A stretch of DNA of 56,102 bases, taken from contig JAYTSX010000239.1 in the NCBI GenBank assembly GCA_043745445.1, positions 1-56,102 on the forward strand, in the 5' to 3' direction. The stretch's first letter is position 1; each line of letters begins with the position of its first letter. The notes below the pieces were generated by a model, which worked only from the letters and a program-made list of their open reading frames with translations, was not told where the DNA came from and did no database searches. Both the position numbers and the translations under genes were made by a program. This document shows positions 46,497 through 54,307 of this stretch, one piece after another. The stretch comes from Elusimicrobiota bacterium. GTDB lineage: Bacteria; Elusimicrobiota; Elusimicrobia; UBA1565; UBA9628.

Positions 46497-47339
46497 CTAC
46501 TTTGTTTTAGGCCCTTCGGCCCGGCGCTTTTTGTCCCAGCGGATGCCCCGCTCATCCTTGGGCACCGAGACGAGCAGGAAGGGCGCGGTGGCGCCATCCG
46601 CGACAGCCTCATCGGGCCCGGGGCCCTCCTCAAACCAGCGCAGAAGGTAGCGCTCCTTCTCCGCGGCAATGCCGATCAGCCGCGCGCGGTAGCCGGAAGT
46701 CGGGCGCGGCCCGACGAACACCGCCGCGATGCGGTTTTTGGAGAAATCAATCGTGGGCGGCGTCTCGCGCGACAGTCGGCCCCAGAGCTCGGTCCAGGCG
46801 GCGGCGTCCGACACCACGAGCTCTCCGGTTTCGACGGCCCCCCCGTAGGCCCCGCTCCAGACTCCGGGGCCGTCCTCAACGGCGCCGAGCATGCCGCCGG
46901 ACTCGCGTCCCGGTATAATGGCGGCCGTCTGGCCAGGCAGGGCGACGCTCTTGTCGCGCGCGCCGTCGATGCCGCGGCGCATGCGTGTGAATTCATTGCC
47001 CATCTCGCGCAGCTGAGCCATGCGCTCTTTCTTCTCGACCTCGGACAGCGGCGGCGGTGCGCCGCGATTTTCTTGACCGCGGTCTCCCTCCTCGATGTGC
47101 TTGCTGATCTGCTGGATGCCCAACTCTAAGGTTTCGCGGCTCAGGTTGGCGGCCTGCATCTCGTTGGTGTAGCCGGTCGTGGCTCGGTCGAGCGGGGTCA
47201 CGACCAGGTTCACGGAAGGTTCGGGCGCGGCGAGTTCAGGCGTTTCCGGCGGCGCCTCAACGGGCGCGCGTTTGCAGGCGGCGCCAAGTAGAAGCGCCGC
47301 GGCCAACGCGAGACGGTTACTTTGTCTTGGGGCTGCCAA
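46497..47339 (-). CDS. putative lipoprotein with PrcB_C-like C-terminal domain
   Basis: 280 aa. Lipobox-like signal (LALAAALLLGAAC). The C-terminal ..AAWTELW....PPTIDFSKNRIAAVFVGPRPTSGYRARL....ERYLLRW.....PFLLVSVP resembles the PrcB C-terminal domain pattern. The TTG start overlaps the coaD 3' end, so the start is uncertain. Confidence 0.5.
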   Translation of the reverse strand: MAAPRQSNRLALAAALLLGAACKRAPVEAPPETPELAAPEPSVNLVVTPLDRATTGYTNEMQAANLSRETLELGIQQISKHIEEGDRGQENRGAPPPLSEVEKKERMAQLREMGNEFTRMRRGIDGARDKSVALPGQTAAIIPGRESGGMLGAVEDGPGVWSGAYGGAVETGELVVSDAAAWTELWGRLSRETPPTIDFSKNRIAAVFVGPRPTSGYRARLIGIAAEKERYLLRWFEEGPGPDEAVADGATAPFLLVSVPKDERGIRWDKKRRAEGPKTK

Positions 47340-47811
47340 ATTTCAGCTTAAGCCGGCGGGCGACGAAGGGCGGAACGAACTGGTCGGTGCCGGCGCCCAG
47401 TCGCGCGATCTCGCGGACCATGGAGGAGGCCAGGTAGGTGTATTGATCATCCGGCATCAGGAAAACGGTCTCGACATCCTTATTGAGGCGGCGGTTGAAG
47501 GAGGCAAGTTGGAATTCGTAGTCCATGTCGGAGACCACGCGCAGGCCGCGGATGAGGACCTTGGCCTTCTTCTTGCGCATGTAGTCCACGAGCAGGCCGG
47601 AGATGGTATCGCAGTCCACATTGGGCAGGCTGCGGATGGACTCCTCGACCATCTCGATGCGCTCGGACACGGAGAAGACATTCTTCTTCGAGGCGTTGTT
47701 CGACACGGCGACGATGACCTGGTCGAAGATCTTGGAGGCGCGCTGGATGATGTCGAGATGGCCCTTCGTGAGGGGGTCGAAACTGCCGGGGTAGACCGCG
47801 ATTCGGCTCAT
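47317..47811 (-). CDS. coaD: phosphopantetheine adenylyltransferase
   Basis: Trimmed to the ATG at 47811. Reads MSRIAVYPGSFDPLTKGHLDIIQRA...VIVAV..N..K...FS..ER. Confidence 0.93.
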   Translation of the reverse strand: MSRIAVYPGSFDPLTKGHLDIIQRASKIFDQVIVAVSNNASKKNVFSVSERIEMVEESIRSLPNVDCDTISGLLVDYMRKKKAKVLIRGLRVVSDMDYEFQLASFNRRLNKDVETVFLMPDDQYTYLASSMVREIARLGAGTDQFVPPFVARRLKLKFGSPKTK

Positions 47812-47922
47812 AACCGCAGTATAACGGCGCGTGACCTGCCTGTCAACGAGCGCGCTGACTCGCACCGGCGCGAGTTGCGGGTCCCCCTGGCGCGAGTTTA
47901 AAAGGGGGGCTACACTCCGGGT

Positions 47923-50900
47923 ATGGCCCCGAATCCCCTCCGGGGAGCCCTCGCCTTCCTCTTAGTTGCCATCCTGGCGCTGCCCGCGCGCCCGGTGGAA
48001 GTTTCCGTACCCGGCGAAGCGGGCAAGTCGGGCACGGGGCAGGGCCAGGTCGGCACAGTCGGCGGGTTGACGCCCGGTGTCAGCGGCGGCGTCTCCGTCG
48101 TGCCGAGCCTTGGTCTCGGGCTTGCTCCCGCGCTTGGGCCCAATGTCGCGCCGGCGCCGATCGCCCAGCCAGCCGCTGCAAATCCGGCCATCAGCCCCAT
48201 CGATGTCGGGCATCTTAACTTCGGCGAGCGCGTCAAAAAAACGCTCGCACCGCATGGGGAGGAAATCTGGCAGCCGTCCGAGACCCCCGCAAAGCCGGCC
48301 CCCGCCAAGCCCGCCGCGCAGAAAAAGTTGTTCGGCAAGCCGTCGCCGCCCGCGATCGACGCGCCCTCGTACTCCGCCGCGTCGGCCGGAGAGATCGACG
48401 CCCAATTAGTCGGCGCGGCGAAAGCCGCGATCAAGTCGGGCGTGGCGCCCTCGGACGCCAGGCTCAAGAAGTTGTACGACGGTTCCGACGATTGGAACGG
48501 AACTGAAGAGACCGGCGTTTTTCCAGCCGTAGATCCGTCCGCGGCGCACCCGACGGGGCTGACGCCGGCGAGCAAAACGGCCGCGGTTTCGGGATTTAAG
48601 ATTACGCCGCCGTCTCCAAAGGGCGGGTCAGCGAAGAACTGGATCAAGAGCGTTTTTGGCTCGGCGACGGGAGCGGCGTCGGAGGCCATGATTTCGCTCG
48701 GGTCGGTGTTCTCCAAACCGAAAGCCGAAATTCCTGAAGCCGCCACGCTCAAAGTGATCGAGCCCAAGACCGTGCCCTGGGTCAAGCCCGAGCGCGGCGA
48801 CACGCTGCTTGTCCGTTCGGGACGCGGGACGAGCTACGAGGCGCTCGGCTATCGCGTGCTGTACGCGCCTCCCGTCTCGCCGGATTTGGCCGTGAGGAAG
48901 GCGAGTGATGAGGGCGTGAGCGTGCGCCTCGCGCGTGGGCGGGACGCGGCCGAAACAGCGACCTTGCGCGCGCGCTTTGCGATCTTCAACGGCCTGATCG
49001 AATCAAATTTCGCCGCGCTCGAACTGATCGCGCAAAGTTCGTCGAAGATGACGGTGAAAACCGCGCGGGCCGTTCAGGGCCATGTCCTGGCTATGGCCGA
49101 GGCCTATGCGGGTCTCGGTGAGGGTGACGGCGTGCGCGAGGCGGACGCGCTCGGCGTGAAGCTCGAAGTCCAGCGCCTGGGCGTGAAGATCGAAGCCGCG
49201 GTCCGCGGCCTCTCCGACTCCGATCTTCTGCCACCGGCGGCTGTCGAGCTCGTGATGCCGATCGACAAGCGCTCGCTGCACAAGTATCTCAACTATCTTC
49301 ACCAGCAGGCGCTTGAGGCCGTCGGCAAGTCCAACACCTCCTCACCCGCGAACTTGACCGTGCGCATGGGTTCGTGGACCAATGAAAAAGCCGTCTCGCT
49401 CGTGGACCTCTCCGAGCATCCGCTCGTCAAGGGCACGCGCGTCGTCTCGCCGGGGTTCAAGGCTTTGCTTGAGGCGTTTTCGCGCTCCAAGGATACACCG
49501 AAAGGTTCGCTCATCATGCAGGACCATCAGTTTTGGGGCCACTTTCAACTCGGCCATCACTCCGCCGAGATTTACGCCAGCTTCCTGCAGCCTGACGAGG
49601 GCGGCATGATTCGCGTGCGCTACCAGGAGTGGGGCTCCGGGTACGACAACCAGACTCGCCTCTATTACGTCGGGCGTCTTCTTCACAAGGCGGGCTTTCA
49701 TGTCGATCAGAAAAACGGATTTTTGACGGCCGTGATCGATAAGGACCACGCCTCGCAGACCGTGGACCAGATGACCGACACCTTCGCGCTCGTCGTGCAG
49801 GCACTGCACGCGACGGTGGGGGTGGACTTCGCTTTGCCGCTGCTCGTCAAAGGGGCAAAGTCGAGCGAGGAGGTGGGCCGGCGCATCGACGATTGGGTCG
49901 ACACGGTGATCGGCGAGGGCACCTTGCCTTTTTATGTCCATGACGATCATGACGCGATGGTCGCAGGCTGGCAGAAATACCGGGCCGAGCAGAGGCCGCG
50001 CGCGATCCTGCGCGCGGCGCTCGATAAGAATCTCGACGACTTGGGCCTGCCGGCAATTCCCGCGGACGAGAGGCTCGGCCAACGCACGATCGACCGCTTC
50101 GTCAACCAGCCGATCGAGGCCGCCATCGCGCGCGGGCAACTCCTCCTCGCGTCCGATGGTCGTGTCGCCCGTAACCCGATCTATGATCCTTTCGCGGCCT
50201 TGGCCAAAGCCTTCGCCGGCGGGGCGGTCGCCGGTGCGCGCCTGGCGGAGGTTGTTTCTTCGCTCGATCCCGCGCTGTTTCAATACGAGACGATCGGCAC
50301 GCTCGGCGCGTTGACAGTGGAGCGCGCCCAACGCCGGCTCGATCCCAACGGCTGGGTGACGATCTACGCTCTGCGCGATCCGAAGTCAGGACAGATCGGT
50401 CTGGCTCGCGCGGAGTTGCTCACGCTCGAGCCGGGAGTCAAGGGGCTCACGCTTTCGCCGGCCGCGCTGTTCTCGATCTTGGCGGCCCAGGGCCATCCCA
50501 TCGCCTCATTTGAACCCTCGGAAGTTCCCCCCGGCGCCGCCCATTTTCAGACGCTGCTGCGCGCCACGCCGCCCGCGCGTGCTGCCTTCGGCCGCAGCTT
50601 CTCAGGCATGGCCGCGAGCCCGGGCCACGGGCGCACCTTGCTCGCGCGGATCACCTACGACAAGGCCAAGGCGGCGGGGGGCGGCTCTATCTTCGTCGCG
50701 GCCTACACCACGCCCGACGACCTCGACGCGATCCGCGCTTCGAAAGCGGTGATCACGACCTCGGGAGGACTGCTCAGCCACGCCGCGATCACGACGCGCG
50801 AGATGGGAATTCCCGCCGCGATTCTGCCCGGCGTCGATTGGACGGGCGGCGCCGCGTCCTTAACCACCTTCGACTTGAGCGCGCCGATCCGCGCCGGGCC

Positions 50901-53205
50901 GCTGACCGCGCGCCTCGCCAAGCCCGCGGCGCCGGTCGCGCTGCTTGAAGGCGAGGTGGTGCGTCTTGACCCCGCGACGGGCGTCGTCGAAATATTCCCG
51001 CCGGGAGCCAGCGCCGCCCTCCTCGACGCGGCGGGCGCGCTCGAACGCTTTGACGCCACAGGAGATGCCGGGAACATGGCGCAATGGCTGAAGCTGCGGC
51101 TCGATACACAGGCCCTTCAGCCCGAACAGAAAACGATCCTCGTGCGCGAGACGCTGACGGGCCTTTTCTCCCGCGCTCTGAACGATGCCCGCGCCGTCCC
51201 CGCGCTGGCGCGCGCGCTCTCCGTCATCCCCGGCCGGCAGTACAAGATCGGCCTCATCGCCCAGGACGCGCTCGATACGCGTTTTACCGCCGAGCTTGAG
51301 GACGCTGTCGCTGATCTTAAGTCGCGCCGTGGCCTCGTCGACGAGTCACTAGCAACGGAGTCCGTCGAGCGCCTGTGGCGTGAGGCGGAAACTCGCGCCC
51401 GCGGACTGCGCGCGATCGGCGTGGAGCTGGCGCGCCCCAAGCTCGAGCTCGCCACCTATGAAATTTCGCTCGCGGGCTTGAAGGCCGACGCGAAGGAGCG
51501 TCATGAGAAGCTGTTGGCCGAGGAGATGGCCGAACTGCAGACCCACGCCCGGGTGTTTCCCGCCGCGACGGTCGAGGCTCTGCCACGCATTAAGTCGGCT
51601 ATCGCCAAGGCTCGTCGCCGGGGCATGAATGCGGACATGATTGGCCAGTGGGAGGAGCAGGCTCAGCGTCTTGAGCGGCTTCACCGCGTGACCATGGAAG
51701 CGCGCGCTCCGACCGTTCTCCCGTTGGCTTCAATTATGGATGTGGACGTGCCGTGGGTCGGCGGCAAGGCGGCAAAGCTCGGGGAGATCGCGGCCGTCGT
51801 GCGCGCGGCCGGCGGCGAGGTCACACCGGGCTTTGCGCTCACTATCCACGCCTACCGGCGCTTTCTCAAGGAAACCGGAATTGCCGAGCGCCTGGAGGCG
51901 CTCGGAGCCGATGCACGCCTGACGCCCGAGCAGCGCTCGGAGCGCGCGCGACGCCTGATTCTCGACGCGAAGCTGAGCCCAAAAACGGGCGTGGGCCAGG
52001 AAATTCTCGCGGGTCTCGCCGCCCAGGGTCTGGATAAAACCCCGCTGGCCGTGCGCTCCTCGGCCGTGGACGAAGACGGCGCTGAGGCCGCCTTCGCAGG
52101 CGCGGGCGACACTCACCTTTATGTGGACCCGTCGGAATTACTTGAGCACGTCAAAGATGTTTGGGCTTCGCTCTGGAACCCGCGCGCGCTTCTCTACCGC
52201 GAGACGCGCGGGCTGTCCACCGCAAACCTGGCCCAGGCCGTCGTGATCCAGGCGATGGTCGCCTCCGAGGTCTCCGGCGTCGCGTTCACCCAGGATCCGG
52301 TCTCCGGCAGCTCGGGGCGTGTGATCGTCAACGGCGCGTTCGGCCTTGGCGAGGGCATCGTGTCCGGACGCGTGGCGCCCGATCAGTATGTTCTCGCCAA
52401 GACGTCCGGGCTTGAGATTCTTCCACCCATGATTTCTGATAAGAAGCTCGCCATTGTGCGCGGTAAGAACGGCAAGGGCACGATCGAGCACAAGATGCCT
52501 CCCGAGTGGCGCCGCCGCCGCTCGATGTCTCCGGCGAAGCTCAAGCTTCTTTCGGATGTCTCGGTGGCTCTCGAGCGGCACTTCGGCTACGCGCTCGACA
52601 TCGAGTTCGGTTTTGTCGGCGACAAGCTTTATATTCTGCAGTCGCGCTCGGTCACGAGCAACGGCGCCGAGGCGCAAGCGCCGGTGCCGGCGATCCCGCA
52701 GGGCTCGGCGATGAAGCCGGCGGCCGCGCCCAAGCCCAAGCGCCTTATGTTCGTCTGCACCGGCAACACCTGCCGCTCGCCGATGGCGGCGCATTTGGCG
52801 CGGGAGAAGCTCTCTCGCCGCGGCCGGCCCGATATCGAGGTGGTCTCGCGCGGTTTACGGGTTCGGGTCGAAGGCCAGGACATGAACTCGAAGGCCGTGT
52901 CGGCGCTCGAGGCCCAGGGCGTGGACGCCGAGGGCCATCGCGCGACTTCGCTCACCGGTCCCGAGATCGCGGGAACGAATCTTATTCTCACGATGACCGA
53001 GGAGCAGGCGAAGGAGGTGCTCTGGCGCTACCCTGAGGCCAAGGGGAAGGTGTTCTCGCTCGCCGAGTACGCCAAGCGCGGCGGCGATGTCGCCGATCCT
53101 TACGGCGGTGACGACGCCGCGTACCAGGCGGCGGCCACCGTCATCGGCGACGCGCTCGACGCCTTCGTGGAGCGAATTCCTGCCGGCGCGACCGCGAGGC
53201 CTTAG
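47923..53205 (+). CDS. 1760-aa multidomain protein: N-terminal hydrophobic anchor/signal, P/A/G-rich region, about 600 aa unknown, PEP-utilizer swivel phosphohistidine domain, helical linker, PPDK_N-type ATP-grasp domain, LMW phosphotyrosine phosphatase
   Basis: Uninterrupted ORF. Swivel domain aa about 893-1027 (GGLLSHAAITTREMGIPAAI). PPDK_N aa about 1266-1578 (VGGKAAKLGE, LAVRSSAVDEDG, VWASLWNPRALLYR, SGVAFTQDP, GLGEGIVSG, LYILQSR). LMW-PTP aa about 1607-1752 (LMFVCTGNTCRSPMA, DPYGG). Confidence 0.85.
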   Translation: MAPNPLRGALAFLLVAILALPARPVEVSVPGEAGKSGTGQGQVGTVGGLTPGVSGGVSVVPSLGLGLAPALGPNVAPAPIAQPAAANPAISPIDVGHLNFGERVKKTLAPHGEEIWQPSETPAKPAPAKPAAQKKLFGKPSPPAIDAPSYSAASAGEIDAQLVGAAKAAIKSGVAPSDARLKKLYDGSDDWNGTEETGVFPAVDPSAAHPTGLTPASKTAAVSGFKITPPSPKGGSAKNWIKSVFGSATGAASEAMISLGSVFSKPKAEIPEAATLKVIEPKTVPWVKPERGDTLLVRSGRGTSYEALGYRVLYAPPVSPDLAVRKASDEGVSVRLARGRDAAETATLRARFAIFNGLIESNFAALELIAQSSSKMTVKTARAVQGHVLAMAEAYAGLGEGDGVREADALGVKLEVQRLGVKIEAAVRGLSDSDLLPPAAVELVMPIDKRSLHKYLNYLHQQALEAVGKSNTSSPANLTVRMGSWTNEKAVSLVDLSEHPLVKGTRVVSPGFKALLEAFSRSKDTPKGSLIMQDHQFWGHFQLGHHSAEIYASFLQPDEGGMIRVRYQEWGSGYDNQTRLYYVGRLLHKAGFHVDQKNGFLTAVIDKDHASQTVDQMTDTFALVVQALHATVGVDFALPLLVKGAKSSEEVGRRIDDWVDTVIGEGTLPFYVHDDHDAMVAGWQKYRAEQRPRAILRAALDKNLDDLGLPAIPADERLGQRTIDRFVNQPIEAAIARGQLLLASDGRVARNPIYDPFAALAKAFAGGAVAGARLAEVVSSLDPALFQYETIGTLGALTVERAQRRLDPNGWVTIYALRDPKSGQIGLARAELLTLEPGVKGLTLSPAALFSILAAQGHPIASFEPSEVPPGAAHFQTLLRATPPARAAFGRSFSGMAASPGHGRTLLARITYDKAKAAGGGSIFVAAYTTPDDLDAIRASKAVITTSGGLLSHAAITTREMGIPAAILPGVDWTGGAASLTTFDLSAPIRAGPLTARLAKPAAPVALLEGEVVRLDPATGVVEIFPPGASAALLDAAGALERFDATGDAGNMAQWLKLRLDTQALQPEQKTILVRETLTGLFSRALNDARAVPALARALSVIPGRQYKIGLIAQDALDTRFTAELEDAVADLKSRRGLVDESLATESVERLWREAETRARGLRAIGVELARPKLELATYEISLAGLKADAKERHEKLLAEEMAELQTHARVFPAATVEALPRIKSAIAKARRRGMNADMIGQWEEQAQRLERLHRVTMEARAPTVLPLASIMDVDVPWVGGKAAKLGEIAAVVRAAGGEVTPGFALTIHAYRRFLKETGIAERLEALGADARLTPEQRSERARRLILDAKLSPKTGVGQEILAGLAAQGLDKTPLAVRSSAVDEDGAEAAFAGAGDTHLYVDPSELLEHVKDVWASLWNPRALLYRETRGLSTANLAQAVVIQAMVASEVSGVAFTQDPVSGSSGRVIVNGAFGLGEGIVSGRVAPDQYVLAKTSGLEILPPMISDKKLAIVRGKNGKGTIEHKMPPEWRRRRSMSPAKLKLLSDVSVALERHFGYALDIEFGFVGDKLYILQSRSVTSNGAEAQAPVPAIPQGSAMKPAAAPKPKRLMFVCTGNTCRSPMAAHLAREKLSRRGRPDIEVVSRGLRVRVEGQDMNSKAVSALEAQGVDAEGHRATSLTGPEIAGTNLILTMTEEQAKEVLWRYPEAKGKVFSLAEYAKRGGDVADPYGGDDAAYQAAATVIGDALDAFVERIPAGATARP

Positions 53206-53218
53206 TCAGCGCACTGTT

Positions 53219-53250
53219 GATAATCACTCGTTCCGGAACCAGTGATTATC
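53219..53250. terminator. near-perfect 32-bp palindrome between convergent genes (putative bidirectional terminator)
   Basis: GATAATCACTCGTTCC/GGAACCAGTGATTATC, 15 of 16 positions complementary. Confidence 0.5.
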
Positions 53251-53251
53251 G

Positions 53252-54307
53252 TTAGTCGCGGGCGCGGCGAAGCGCCGCGACGGCTTTCTCAATGCGAGCG
53301 AGGCAGACGCCCGGATCGGGGCGGCCTTCTTTTGGAGAGAAGCGCGGATCGTTCATGGCGCCCGCGACGACGGCTTCAAGAGCCGGGATCGCCTCGACGC
53401 GCTTGAAGACGACAAGCGCCTCGGCGGCTTCGGCCAGGATCTCGGCGTCGGGGTGCCTTGACAGGCGCGACAAGGCTGGGCCGGTTTCGGGGCCAAGGGT
53501 GGTGGCGATGTGGATAAGAGGAATCATCGTTTCCCAGCGCGCGCTTTCGGAACGCAAGGCTTCGGTCACCACGGGCAGGGCCTGAGGCGCGAGCCAAATC
53601 GCGATCTCCGTGCGGCGCGCGTCGAGGGCCATGACGGCGGCGGCGCGGGCGGCGCCGAGCGGCGGGAAGTAGGACACTAAGGCGAGAATCGCATTGGCGG
53701 AGTCCACGCCGCGCGAACGGCCGAGGACCGCGAGCGCCGCTTTTTCGAGCACGAGGTCCATGTCTTTAGGCCGCGGGCCGAAGGAGCGCGCCAGACGCGT
53801 CAGGGCTGCGGGATCCGTGCAGCCGAGCCGCGACAGCGAAAGCATCACATCGGTGACGACTTCGCGGGGCAGGTCCTCCTGCGCGAGCGCCGCGCACAGG
53901 ACCCGGCTGACCGAGGCGTCGGGCGCACCAAGTCCGGGCAGACTTTGCGCCGCGAGAGAGCGCACGATCGGGGCTTGCTCACGATTGAGGAGAATGTCCT
54001 CGAGCGGCGGGAACGCGGCGGGGTCACGGATGAGCCCCAGGAACGAGACGGCGAGCAGGCGGACCTTTATGGGGCGCTTGAGCTCCTGAGCGGCGGCGCC
54101 TAAAGCAGGAGCGGCTTTCCAGCCGAGCGGCTCCAGTTCCTTAGACAGGTTCTCCGCCGTAAGATCGGAGTCGCGTATCTCGCGGGCGTCCTTGCCCTTT
54201 TCCGAGACGACGAGCTTCTCGGCGCGCGCCATGACGCGCGCAACGACGGCTTGGGGGTTTTGGGCAGAGGCGGGAGCGGCGAGCGCCAAGAACAGCGCGA
54301 GCCTCAT
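53252..54307 (-). CDS. secreted HEAT-like repeat protein
   Basis: 351 aa. Signal peptide MRLALFLALAAPASAQ. Reiterated helical repeats with ..LGxxxDPxAxPxL.. spacing. 4-nt overlap with the metH stop. Confidence 0.6.
   Translation of the reverse strand: MRLALFLALAAPASAQNPQAVVARVMARAEKLVVSEKGKDAREIRDSDLTAENLSKELEPLGWKAAPALGAAAQELKRPIKVRLLAVSFLGLIRDPAAFPPLEDILLNREQAPIVRSLAAQSLPGLGAPDASVSRVLCAALAQEDLPREVVTDVMLSLSRLGCTDPAALTRLARSFGPRPKDMDLVLEKAALAVLGRSRGVDSANAILALVSYFPPLGAARAAAVMALDARRTEIAIWLAPQALPVVTEALRSESARWETMIPLIHIATTLGPETGPALSRLSRHPDAEILAEAAEALVVFKRVEAIPALEAVVAGAMNDPRFSPKEGRPDPGVCLARIEKAVAALRRARD

Noticed and set aside
47910-50331. Minus-strand ORFs of 297 aa (47910-48803) and 329 aa (49342-50331)
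   Set aside because: Both lie antisense within the 1760-aa ORF, whose downstream domains are clearly real. No motifs of their own.
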